Below, piece by piece: positions 51,140-60,481 of a stretch of DNA of 64,000 nucleotides. This DNA comes from Lachnospiraceae bacterium. GTDB taxonomy: Bacteria > Bacillota > Clostridia > Lachnospirales > Lachnospiraceae. A program made the position numbers and the translations under genes. Positions within the stretch are counted from its first letter, which is position 1. The number at the start of each line of letters is the position of its first letter. The notes under the pieces were generated by a model. It saw only the letters and a program-made list of their open reading frames with translations, was not told the origin of the DNA and did no database searches. The stretch is taken from NCBI GenBank assembly GCA_022510545.1, contig JAFLTG010000002.1:6623-70622 (forward strand). The letters are read 5' to 3'.

Positions 51140-52123
51140 ATGGAAGAAAAGAAATTCCCTGTAGCTATTATAATGCATATAACACTTATAGCAGCTATCG
51201 TGGTTATATTTACAGTCTGTGCATATAAACTTTATAAATGGAATAAGGGAGTTCCTTCTGACTATGATCCCAACTATATAACAACGGATTTTGACATAGA
51301 AGCTCTCGACAGCATTATTCCGCTTGCGCCGGACAAGCTTGAAGGGCATGTCGACGATGGCTTAACTACCATCCTGTGTCTTGGAAACGATCCTTTTTCC
51401 AAGGAGAAAGGACAGGAGAACGGATTGGCGGAGATGATTGCCGCAGGCGTTCCCGAACCCGAAAAAACAACAGTCTATAACGGCTCATTTACAGGTTCTA
51501 CTATAAGTGCCGCCTACGCAAACTATAATGATGGTTACTGGATGGACTCCTTCAGTCTCCCTTACCTTGCAAAAGCAATATGCAGCAGGGATTTTACCGA
51601 TACACTTCACTATGCATATTACAGCTATGATCCTGATTTTGTTCCGACAGTGGAGATGCTTGAAGCTCTGGATATGAACACCGTTGACATAATTTGTATT
51701 ATGTACGATGCTATAGATTATATTGAAAAAAGACCCAGTGACGATCCCAATGACCCGTACTCAATTGTAGCTTATACCGGTGCACTGCATACGGCAATTG
51801 AAGAAATTCAGGAAACCTATCCATTTATCAGGATAGTTGTTATGTCTCACACTTTCTGCTTCTATGTTAATGAAGAGGGCTACTTCCAAAACGGTGACAG
51901 AACCGATCTGGGAAACGGAACCTTGAGCCATTATCTGCAAAAAGCATTGGATGTTACAGGAGATTGCAGCGTTTCATTGATTGATAATTTCTATGGCACA
52001 ATTAACGAGGACAATTATCTGGATTATATGACGGACTACATCCACTTCAATGATGAAGGGCGCAAACTTCTTGCAGACCGGTTTATAAATTGTATATTTC
52101 CTGATAAAACCGCAGAAGAATAA
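51140..52123 (+). CDS. Membrane-anchored SGNH/GDSL-fold protein lacking the canonical GDS serine
   Basis: LCLGNDPF block I and DYIHFN block V. Confidence 0.65.
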   Translation: MEEKKFPVAIIMHITLIAAIVVIFTVCAYKLYKWNKGVPSDYDPNYITTDFDIEALDSIIPLAPDKLEGHVDDGLTTILCLGNDPFSKEKGQENGLAEMIAAGVPEPEKTTVYNGSFTGSTISAAYANYNDGYWMDSFSLPYLAKAICSRDFTDTLHYAYYSYDPDFVPTVEMLEALDMNTVDIICIMYDAIDYIEKRPSDDPNDPYSIVAYTGALHTAIEEIQETYPFIRIVVMSHTFCFYVNEEGYFQNGDRTDLGNGTLSHYLQKALDVTGDCSVSLIDNFYGTINEDNYLDYMTDYIHFNDEGRKLLADRFINCIFPDKTAEE

Positions 52124-52127
52124 CTTT

Positions 52128-53183
52128 TTAGTATTCCTGTGAAAACAATTCTTCAAAATCAAATTCATTAATGAGCAGGCGCATATCCTCAAGTGCCTGC
52201 TCCATTTGTTCTACCGAAGTTATCTCACAGCTGCTATCAGCAAAGCACTGTGTCATATAATAGTTGATATCAGGGTGATAATGACTGTAATCCGCATAAT
52301 TATCAAGGTCTGTTACTATCCACTTCTGATTCGGGAAGAAAAACAATCTGACATTATCATATGCAAGCACACTTTTGGCAATATAAATATACTCTTCCAT
52401 TGTCGCCTCAAGATGATTACCACAGATTACATCATTCCAGTACAGGATGCTGTACGGCGGAAAAAACAAATAAAATGTTGTCTCCGGATTCTGCTCAATA
52501 TACGGGCAGATATTTGTTGACAGATTTAATTCAAGATTTTCAATATAGGCATCTTTAGGGGTTTCTATCTCTTCTCTGAGCGGAATCTCATAATTGTGCA
52601 TTACCCATTGCTTATTATAGTATTCATCGGTCCACCAGCTTGAGTATACGGTTGCAAGATCTGTCTTGTCCGGGTCTGCGATGGGACGAAGTACATAGTT
52701 AAGAAGTACATCTTTATTAAAAATATACTGTATATCGTTTATATAGTTGTCATCATACAAATATTCCGGAATGGGATATTTAGTTTCATCCACCCCTCCT
52801 GTGTAGGTCATTACGTCGATACCAAGGAATACCGCTTTGACTTCGTTATCACTTTTGAATATGATGTCCATAATGTTGGACTGGTCTTTTGGATATGCCC
52901 CGCTGTAGCTTAATTTGATAGTATCAAGATCAAGAAGGTCGCCAAACCAGTTGGTGTTGAAGTTTACGGTCATGGAGGAACCGAGGATTACGCTGTCGTA
53001 GTGCAGGTTTCTGGCCATGCCGGGGTTTTGGGTGAGTTGGTTGTCTACTAGGTAGGGGAAATTTGCCAGGGGGGCGTGGTAGTGGAAAAAGGGGTCTACG
53101 TAGACTACTGCGGAGGCTGCGATGAGTAGGAATATTATGACGGTTGCTATTATGGTCAGGATAGATTTTTTATATTTGTTCAT
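52128..53183 (-). CDS. Membrane-anchored SGNH-like acyltransferase partner (DltD/AlgJ/PatB-like)
   Basis: YVDPFFHY, ILGSSM and DYSHY motifs; downstream of MBOAT. Confidence 0.7.
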   Translation of the reverse strand: MNKYKKSILTIIATVIIFLLIAASAVVYVDPFFHYHAPLANFPYLVDNQLTQNPGMARNLHYDSVILGSSMTVNFNTNWFGDLLDLDTIKLSYSGAYPKDQSNIMDIIFKSDNEVKAVFLGIDVMTYTGGVDETKYPIPEYLYDDNYINDIQYIFNKDVLLNYVLRPIADPDKTDLATVYSSWWTDEYYNKQWVMHNYEIPLREEIETPKDAYIENLELNLSTNICPYIEQNPETTFYLFFPPYSILYWNDVICGNHLEATMEEYIYIAKSVLAYDNVRLFFFPNQKWIVTDLDNYADYSHYHPDINYYMTQCFADSSCEITSVEQMEQALEDMRLLINEFDFEELFSQEY

Positions 53184-53241
53184 ATATGTGGCCTTTCTGT
53201 AGGGCGAAATATCTATGTTGATTAGGTTGTAGTGGGCGGGG

Positions 53242-53255
53242 GGATTGTACAATCC
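53242..53255. other. Perfect 14-bp palindrome GGATTGTACAATCC at edge of skewed tract
   Basis: Directly visible in the MBOAT-SGNH intergenic region. Confidence 0.8.
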
Positions 53256-53269
53256 TTCTCTTGCTGCTA

Positions 53270-54784
53270 CTAAAAATTAAAGTATAAAAATGTGCTGACA
53301 CCGGAAAAGGATAGGATGCACCACAAGAAAAACGTCGCAAATATGATGTTGGTTACTACTTTTCCTTTGCATTTATCTGATATTTCGGAAGCATTAGGGG
53401 TAAACATCGATAATATAATTCCGGTTGCAAGTATGGCAAACATAAGAATGTATCTGCTCCATTCCATTGTGTCCAGGTGCAGCACTTTTAACACGTACCA
53501 AAACTCGTCCAGACGGAAGCATTCAGCCAGGTCTAGCGAGAGTTTCTGCATTTTTCCGGATATTGCGACAGAAAGTAGACTGTTTGCCTGTGCAATACTC
53601 TCTGCTCTGAAATAGACCCATGCAATGCTGACATATGCAAATAACAGTAATCTTGATGTAAATACTGATAATACCGCAGGTATGCTATGGTTCGCCATTA
53701 TTGCGGAGTTTTGCGACGTTTTTCTTTTAAAGTCGTCTTTTTCGAAAAATTTCCCTATCCACCTGGTAATCACATACAATACGCCATGCATCATTCCCCA
53801 TATGACAAAATTCCAACCCGCACCGTGCCAGATTCCGCTGAGGAAGAATACAATCAGCAGATTGGCATACATCCTTACGTTTCCTTTACGGTTTCCTCCA
53901 AGTGGGATGTATACATACTTTGTAAAGAAGCGGTTCAGTGTAATATGCCATCTTTTCCAGAAATCAACGATATTTACGGCTTTATATGGCGAGTTAAAGT
54001 TAATGGGGATCCTAATTCCGAGCATTGCACCTATACCTCTTGCCATATCGCAGTAACCGCTGAAATCAAAGTATAATTGCAGTGAATAGAAGATTATCAC
54101 AAGTATGGCATCAATGCGTCCAAGAATTGTAATATTCATATATCCAAGGTCTACTCCGGCTCCAAATGTGTCTGCAAGTATTACTTTTTTGAAGAGACCA
54201 AGTATGAAAAGGATGAGACCTCTGTAAATCTGTTCCCAATCCGGGGTGTGGCTTCCCATTTCCTCGAACTGAGGAAGCATTTCCGACTGGTTTACAATAG
54301 GTCCCGCAATCAACTGTGGAAAAAATGCGACGAAAAGCGCATATGTTAAAAGACTGCAGTTTTTGATTTCACCCCTATAAGTATCAACTATGAAACCAAT
54401 CTGCTGGAATGTAAAAAAGCTGATTCCCAAGGGAAGAAGTATATTTCTAAGCAAAAAGGATGTTCCGAATATACTGTTTATGTTTGTCAGGAAAAAGTCA
54501 AAGTATTTGAAATAGAACAGCAGCCCTAAATTAGACGCCACTGCTGCTAAAAGTATGAGTTTGGATGGTTTTTGCGACATAATTCTATGAAAAATATAAT
54601 TACAGGCAATGCTGCATATCATAATAAGCAGGTAATTTATCTGAAAATAACCATAAAACCAGAAAGACATCAAAATCAAAAAGAGCTGAACGAGCTCCTT
54701 TTTCTTAAAATGAATAAGACTGTAATACCCTATCAGGCATATTGGAAAAAATAAAAATATGAATATATAGGAATTAAACAGCAT
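53270..54784 (-). CDS. MBOAT O-acyltransferase (AlgI/DltB/PatA-like)
   Basis: LPLGISFFTFQ, FPQLIAGPI, DFSGY, FWKRWHITL, GIWHG and C-terminal FLYFNF. Confidence 0.92.
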   Translation of the reverse strand: MLFNSYIFIFLFFPICLIGYYSLIHFKKKELVQLFLILMSFWFYGYFQINYLLIMICSIACNYIFHRIMSQKPSKLILLAAVASNLGLLFYFKYFDFFLTNINSIFGTSFLLRNILLPLGISFFTFQQIGFIVDTYRGEIKNCSLLTYALFVAFFPQLIAGPIVNQSEMLPQFEEMGSHTPDWEQIYRGLILFILGLFKKVILADTFGAGVDLGYMNITILGRIDAILVIIFYSLQLYFDFSGYCDMARGIGAMLGIRIPINFNSPYKAVNIVDFWKRWHITLNRFFTKYVYIPLGGNRKGNVRMYANLLIVFFLSGIWHGAGWNFVIWGMMHGVLYVITRWIGKFFEKDDFKRKTSQNSAIMANHSIPAVLSVFTSRLLLFAYVSIAWVYFRAESIAQANSLLSVAISGKMQKLSLDLAECFRLDEFWYVLKVLHLDTMEWSRYILMFAILATGIILSMFTPNASEISDKCKGKVVTNIIFATFFLWCILSFSGVSTFLYFNF

Positions 54785-54786
54785 CT

Positions 54787-55554
54787 CTATTCTCCTGTTT
54801 TAGTATCGCGGTAAATCATATATTTGTCTGTCTGTGCGTATAATTCAAAATCGTAGTCAGTCAGAGGCTCTTCAAGTTTTCTGTCTCTGGTGAGCACAAC
54901 GTAATTGCAGCCATAGCTTCTTGTAAGTTCTACAAAGGATGGTGTCTCTATAGTTTCAGCCAATTCCATTGCTTCATACATATCATTATAGTAACCCCAT
55001 CTTGCTATAAGCATTTCCCTGCCATAAGGCATATTTATCCTGGTGGAATACTGCCTTAAATAATATATCAGATCAGCGGGGACAAGTGCCATAATGCGAC
55101 CTTTTTCTGGAGCGATTATTTCCGCCACTTCTACTGCTTCATCCGGAAGGTGATATATATTTTCTGCCTTGGATATATATTGACCGCTGTATACATAGCT
55201 TCCACAGGCGATAATTGCAACGGTCATTATGGCCAGCATAATCTTTCTGTGTCTTCCTGCCAGTTTTAGTGCACCGTAGGTACTGACCAGACTCATCTGG
55301 AGCAGCCACAAAATGCGGTAATAAGTTTCTGCATCCTCGAAGAGCCTAACAAAGACTTTACGAAACAGCGGACAGAAGAACGCAATAAGTATAAGCGTCG
55401 GAGCATATACTAAAATTACGCGCAGTTTTTTGTCCTTTTCCTTCAGCCAGAGATATAACAGGAAAAAGATATAAATCCCAAAAAGGAAGTTATTCTGATG
55501 ATATCCGGCATAGTTTTTAAAAATGACTACGCTTTCCAGAAAAATGCCCCACAT
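54787..55554 (-). CDS. Membrane protein resembling the C-terminal half of a GT-C
   Basis: Four TMs with YYRILWL followed by a soluble domain ending YMIYR. Confidence 0.55.
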   Translation of the reverse strand: MWGIFLESVVIFKNYAGYHQNNFLFGIYIFFLLYLWLKEKDKKLRVILVYAPTLILIAFFCPLFRKVFVRLFEDAETYYRILWLLQMSLVSTYGALKLAGRHRKIMLAIMTVAIIACGSYVYSGQYISKAENIYHLPDEAVEVAEIIAPEKGRIMALVPADLIYYLRQYSTRINMPYGREMLIARWGYYNDMYEAMELAETIETPSFVELTRSYGCNYVVLTRDRKLEEPLTDYDFELYAQTDKYMIYRDTKTGE

Positions 55555-55564
55555 ACAATCTCTC

Positions 55565-56683
55565 CTAAACCGCCAGCCCTAAGTAAAGCATAACATAAAT
55601 CAAATTCGGAATGCAGGTTAATCCAAGTTTCAAAGGAATCTTCCAGTCTCTCTCTACTACCATAAGGCATACTGCCATAGCTCCCAATAATATTGCTATA
55701 AGAAAGACTGCAAGTGAGCTGCAGACTCCCGCTGTCATATTGAGGCATACCAGCATTATCCACAGGCCTGCATTTTTACCTCTTTTTTCCTTTTCTCCGG
55801 TAAAAAGCCATAATATAAGCAGGAACATAGCGGGAATTACCACATTGGCGGTCACGGACTTTCCCTGCCAGGTCCTGGTTAAGAAAAACGTCTCATTTGT
55901 ATATATTGACACGTTTCCAAACAATTGAAACATAGCCATAATTATCATAAATACGGGAATGTTCTCTTTATTTAATGCCAAATTCGATTCCGGATTGGAT
56001 GAAAATTTTGAATTAAATAGAACTTTGGCTATTTCATAATATATCATATAGCTAAAGGGTATCAGTAAAAGCGGCATTACTACATGTGATGTTATAGTTG
56101 CATGTAAATTGGCTTTTACCGCCACAAATGCCACCCATATTGGAAATACTGCAAGCGCATGCCTAAGATCCAAAGATGAAGAACGTCCGGTATAGGGCAG
56201 GTTTTTGTACATCGCATTACTTTGCTGTGCCATCAATGACTCCACCACATAGTATGCGTCATCTCCGTCAAAGGAAGTCATCGTTACTGCCATATAAAGC
56301 TGAAATCCCACTAATGCCAGAAAAAGCAGCCATTCAACTTTGGTTTCCGTTTTTAAACCGAAGAAGGTCTGGTTAGTCAACCCTAACCAAGTTCTTGTAC
56401 CTTCTGTTTTTTTCCAGTCCAGATACCTTATAATTATTCCGGCAGCTGCAAGCAGAATGGCCGCTGCCATAAACCATTTTAAGACAAATATAAAATTGTC
56501 ATACTGAATCCATATTACCGCAGGAATCGTAATTACCTCAAATACCGCCCACATAAGAAGATATCCGGCAAGAAATATTGTTATAATATTCCTTTTATCT
56601 TCCGATATGAATTTGGCCGGCAAAAGCCCTATGCAAAACGGAATGAGCAATAGCCAGAATATAAAACCCATTATCTGAACCAT
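55565..56683 (-). CDS. DUF6077-like polytopic membrane protein (GT-C-like N-terminal part)
   Basis: FDGDDAYY acidic motif and RTWQGKS motif. Confidence 0.6.
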   Translation of the reverse strand: MVQIMGFIFWLLLIPFCIGLLPAKFISEDKRNIITIFLAGYLLMWAVFEVITIPAVIWIQYDNFIFVLKWFMAAAILLAAAGIIIRYLDWKKTEGTRTWLGLTNQTFFGLKTETKVEWLLFLALVGFQLYMAVTMTSFDGDDAYYVVESLMAQQSNAMYKNLPYTGRSSSLDLRHALAVFPIWVAFVAVKANLHATITSHVVMPLLLIPFSYMIYYEIAKVLFNSKFSSNPESNLALNKENIPVFMIIMAMFQLFGNVSIYTNETFFLTRTWQGKSVTANVVIPAMFLLILWLFTGEKEKRGKNAGLWIMLVCLNMTAGVCSSLAVFLIAILLGAMAVCLMVVERDWKIPLKLGLTCIPNLIYVMLYLGLAV

Positions 56684-56724
56684 AATCGGGAAATATTCCT
56701 TTCTTAAAGTGGTTATATTTATAT

Positions 56725-56765
56725 TAAAATAGATTGAAAAACCTTTGATTTTTCAATCTATTTTA
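56725..56765. promoter_or_regulatory. 17-bp perfect inverted repeat in divergent intergenic region
   Basis: TAAAATAGATTGAAAAA-cctttga-TTTTTCAATCTATTTTA. Confidence 0.5.
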
Positions 56766-56882
56766 CAGCAAAATGGCAAGGATGTCCAGTTTTGGAAAAG
56801 CTGTCTGTACAATAATCGACAAACATGATAAAATAAATAGAAAAAATTGCGCTCTTGCAGGTTTTAACAGAAAGGGATTTTG

Positions 56883-58439
56883 ATGAAAAAAGCATATATT
56901 ATAGGTGCAGGACCTGCGGGTCTGACTGCCGCTTACGAATTATTAAAGCAGAGCAATGAATATGAAGTAACTGTTTTAGAGGAAACTGAGGCTATGGGTG
57001 GAATCTCTAAAACCGTAAATTATAAAGGAAATCGTATGGATATGGGCGGACACCGCTTTTTTTCCAAAGTACCTGAGGTCAATGAATGGTGGAACAATAT
57101 GCTTCCGCTTCAGGGTTCTCCCACCTATGATGATATTGTTTTAGGACGCGAGATGACACTGACTCCGGGTGGTCCGGACCCTGAAAAAGTAGACAGGGTC
57201 ATGCTCAGAAGACACAGGGTTTCACGTATTTATTTTAATAAAAAATTTTATGACTATCCTATTTCTCTTAAATTTGAAACTTTTAAGAACATGGGTATTA
57301 TTGCCACGATTCAGTCCGGCTTCAGTTATATTGCCGCAGTACTCCACAAGCGTAAAGAGAATTCCTTAGAGGATTTCTATATCAACCGCTTCGGCAGGAA
57401 ATTGTATTCAATGTTCTTTGAATATTATACCGAAAATCTTTGGGGCAGACATCCCAGCGAAATTGCACCCGACTGGGGCGCACAGCGTGCTAAAGGATTA
57501 TCAATAGCAGCAATCATCAAGGATATCTTTGGCAAGATAATGCCCGGAAACAAGAATCGTAAGGTTGAGACCTCTCTTATTGAAGAATTCAGCTATCCTA
57601 AGCTTGGTCCCGGTCAGCTGTGGGATGTTACCGCTGAAGAAATAGAGAAAATGGGTGGAAAAATACTTAAAAACTGCAAGGCGGTAGGACTTCATAAGGA
57701 TGAGAACAATCATATAACCTCCCTTACCTATGAAAATAACGGTGAAAAAACAACGGTGGAAGGCGACGTTTTTATTTCCTCTATGCCGGTCAAAGACCTT
57801 GTTGCCGGTATGAATGATGTTCCCAAGAAACAGGCGGAGATTGCCGCAGGGCTGCCATATCGTGACTATATGACCGTAGGCATACTGCTTCCCAAGCTCA
57901 ATCTTAAGAATAAGACCAAAATTAAAACTATGAATAACATTATTCCCGATTGCTGGATTTATGTTCAGGATCGTTCCGTGAAATTGGGACGTTTTCAGAT
58001 TTATAACAACTGGTCACCATATATGATAAAGGATTTAAACAATACTGTATGGATTGGTTTGGAATATTTTGTAGCCGAAGGTGATGAGTACTGGACTATG
58101 TCCGATGAAAAATTCACTAAATTTGCGATTGATGAAATCGTGAGTATGGGACTTATTGATTCTCCTAAAGATGTGTTGGACTCCCATGTTGAAAGAGTCA
58201 AAAAGGCATATCCGGCATATTTTGATACTTATAAGGATATTGACACGTTGGTAGACTATCTGAAGACCATCGACAATCTCTACTGTGTCGGCCGCAACGG
58301 ACAGCATCGTTACAATAACATTGACCACTCTATGATGACGTCTTTTGAAACCGTCAAAAACATTGTAAACGGTATAAAAAGCAAAGATAACATCTGGAGC
58401 GTAAATACGGAAAAAGAGTATCATGAAGATGATAAATAG
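56883..58439 (+). CDS. FAD-dependent oxidoreductase (UDP-galactopyranose mutase/protoporphyrinogen oxidase-like fold)
   Basis: [19 protein letters not shown] and [15 protein letters not shown] motifs. Confidence 0.8.
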   Translation: MKKAYIIGAGPAGLTAAYELLKQSNEYEVTVLEETEAMGGISKTVNYKGNRMDMGGHRFFSKVPEVNEWWNNMLPLQGSPTYDDIVLGREMTLTPGGPDPEKVDRVMLRRHRVSRIYFNKKFYDYPISLKFETFKNMGIIATIQSGFSYIAAVLHKRKENSLEDFYINRFGRKLYSMFFEYYTENLWGRHPSEIAPDWGAQRAKGLSIAAIIKDIFGKIMPGNKNRKVETSLIEEFSYPKLGPGQLWDVTAEEIEKMGGKILKNCKAVGLHKDENNHITSLTYENNGEKTTVEGDVFISSMPVKDLVAGMNDVPKKQAEIAAGLPYRDYMTVGILLPKLNLKNKTKIKTMNNIIPDCWIYVQDRSVKLGRFQIYNNWSPYMIKDLNNTVWIGLEYFVAEGDEYWTMSDEKFTKFAIDEIVSMGLIDSPKDVLDSHVERVKKAYPAYFDTYKDIDTLVDYLKTIDNLYCVGRNGQHRYNNIDHSMMTSFETVKNIVNGIKSKDNIWSVNTEKEYHEDDK

Positions 58440-58453
58440 CAAACGATAGAACG

Positions 58454-59413
58454 TCAATAAACCGAAGACACTAAAGCCTTTTTCGCTGCATCTTTTACCA
58501 GTTTCATCCCTTCTGGATTAAGATGCACGCCGTCGGTTACGTATTTGAACATATTATCTTCCGTTATACCACAGTTACTTAAATCGATTACGCCAAAACT
58601 CCTTTTATCCGCAATCAATTCAATCTGTCTGTTGTAATCCTGCGCAGTCAGATTACGTGAATTTACAAAGGTTTCGAACGGTTTTTTAACACCCCAGTCA
58701 CCAATCTGAGTCAGTGTACAGCAAAAAACCTGCGCATCCGGATACTCGGCTTCCAGCTTATCAAGTATCAGGTTGTAAGCATCGCTGAAGTTATCGACAA
58801 TTCCTTCATATACTATCTGCGTTCCGTCATTTTCACCAAGCGGAGCGCCGCTCAAGAAATCATTGGTTCCCATATAAACTATGATTATATCAGGATAAAC
58901 ACCACCGTTTCCTATCAAAGCATCAATTCTGTAATTACTGCAGGCATATTTAGGATTATCTAAGCTTAACGAATCCCCTACACAGGTACTTCCCGCACTT
59001 GAGCTGTTTGCACAAAACTGCATATCGGTCTCGTCAATGAGCATCTTCCACCAGGTTGCATCCACATCATAAACTTCGCCTTCCATAGGGAAAAAACCTG
59101 CATATCCTTCAGGTATCCACCCTTCATATGTAGAAATGCTGTCTCCAAGAACAGCAAGTTTCTTGTCCCTAAATAATTCTTTTATCTCCTCATCAGACAA
59201 TTTAACTACCTGCACTTCTTTCAACATTCCCTCCAAAACCGGCCACACCTGATAAAGCCCGTTCTTAAGTATATATCCTTTATCATTCAAAGCATACGTC
59301 TTATCATAAGCCGGCTTTTTAGATATAATTAATATGGCAACCCCTACTACCAATACACAAATGGCACATGCAACAATCCATCGTATATTTTTTATCTTAA
59401 AGTCGTTAATCAT
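58454..59413 (-). CDS. Membrane-anchored SGNH/GDSL esterase
   Basis: GDSIS, GTND and DGVH motifs. Confidence 0.85.
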   Translation of the reverse strand: MINDFKIKNIRWIVACAICVLVVGVAILIISKKPAYDKTYALNDKGYILKNGLYQVWPVLEGMLKEVQVVKLSDEEIKELFRDKKLAVLGDSISTYEGWIPEGYAGFFPMEGEVYDVDATWWKMLIDETDMQFCANSSSAGSTCVGDSLSLDNPKYACSNYRIDALIGNGGVYPDIIIVYMGTNDFLSGAPLGENDGTQIVYEGIVDNFSDAYNLILDKLEAEYPDAQVFCCTLTQIGDWGVKKPFETFVNSRNLTAQDYNRQIELIADKRSFGVIDLSNCGITEDNMFKYVTDGVHLNPEGMKLVKDAAKKALVSSVY

Positions 59414-59451
59414 TTTAATTCCCCATTCTTGCTCAACCTGCGAGTTTGGTT

Positions 59452-60435
59452 TTATCTTTTTTTAAATACCGACTGCCTTGCCCCATGCATCTTGCTATGG
59501 TTCTTCAACACATCATCCACGGCATCCATCCTCAATCCTGCATCTATGAAATCACAGTTCTTACAGAACGGATAATTCTGTCTGCCGCTTCTTACCGCAT
59601 CCCTAAGCTTCCTGTATGGCTCACTGTTCCAGCCGTCTTTTATAGAAACCTCATACAAATCTGCCATATTGGTAACCTCAAAGTTGTCACAACAACAGAT
59701 TCCCATCTTTCCATTAGGCATAATCCACATATCGGTAAAAGGCATAAGACAGGTCTCTTTGATCACCTTGCCCTTGGATTGCTTATTCGGCGCACTGCCG
59801 GCCCTATTGGTCAAGACCTCTTTCAAATAGCGGATCTGTATCAGAATATCAACATCCTTGAATTCTTCTGGATTTTCTTTCACATATTTATAAATTTTCT
59901 GAATATTCTTATGAAGTTTCATATCCAGACAGTAATTATTGATTATAAGCTGGTCTACATACGGAATGATCGACTTAACTTTGGCAATATCCAGAAGCAA
60001 GCCATTGGTTGACATAAATATGAAGGCTTCCGGCAGCTTTTCCCTTGCATACTTATGAAATTCCACAATCCTCTTATCCAGCCATGGCTCATTATTTCCG
60101 TATAAGGTTAGATGTCCTTTATATCCCCACTCGCTAAGCTGATCTATAATAGAATAATACAGTTCATCCGGCATTCTCATATACGGACGTTTTTCAGCAT
60201 GAATATTAGCGGTACAAAATTCACATGTACTGTTGCAGCGATTTACCGTCTCCAAATTGACTACCACCGGATGCGGAATCTCTTTTTTGGAATAAAAATA
60301 ATCTATATACTTTTCCTGCTGTCTGCGTCTTGTTATGAATTGAAGTTTTAAGTAGCTTTCACTGGCAAGTCTGGGAAGGTATTTCCTTGCATTCCATCCT
60401 ATGATTCCGGCGAAGTTGTGTACTCTGATCGACAT
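59452..60435 (-). CDS. Radical SAM protein with SPASM/twitch domain
   Basis: CNSTCEFC, NNEP, STNG, CLMPF..CCCD..CKNC motifs. Confidence 0.9.
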   Translation of the reverse strand: MSIRVHNFAGIIGWNARKYLPRLASESYLKLQFITRRRQQEKYIDYFYSKKEIPHPVVVNLETVNRCNSTCEFCTANIHAEKRPYMRMPDELYYSIIDQLSEWGYKGHLTLYGNNEPWLDKRIVEFHKYAREKLPEAFIFMSTNGLLLDIAKVKSIIPYVDQLIINNYCLDMKLHKNIQKIYKYVKENPEEFKDVDILIQIRYLKEVLTNRAGSAPNKQSKGKVIKETCLMPFTDMWIMPNGKMGICCCDNFEVTNMADLYEVSIKDGWNSEPYRKLRDAVRSGRQNYPFCKNCDFIDAGLRMDAVDDVLKNHSKMHGARQSVFKKR

Positions 60436-60481
60436 ATTATTGGTCTCCCTTTCTTTTATCGATATATTTCCTGGTTCTGCG

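Noticed and set aside
52950..53255. DGR variable region as the explanation for the skewed tract
   Set aside because: No template repeat or reverse transcriptase in the window; changes are synonymous and at the gene 5' end.
56777..56786. Second CsrA-like motif GCAAGGATGT
   Set aside because: About 100 bp from the start codon and upstream of the likely -10 (TGATAAAAT), so probably not in the mRNA.
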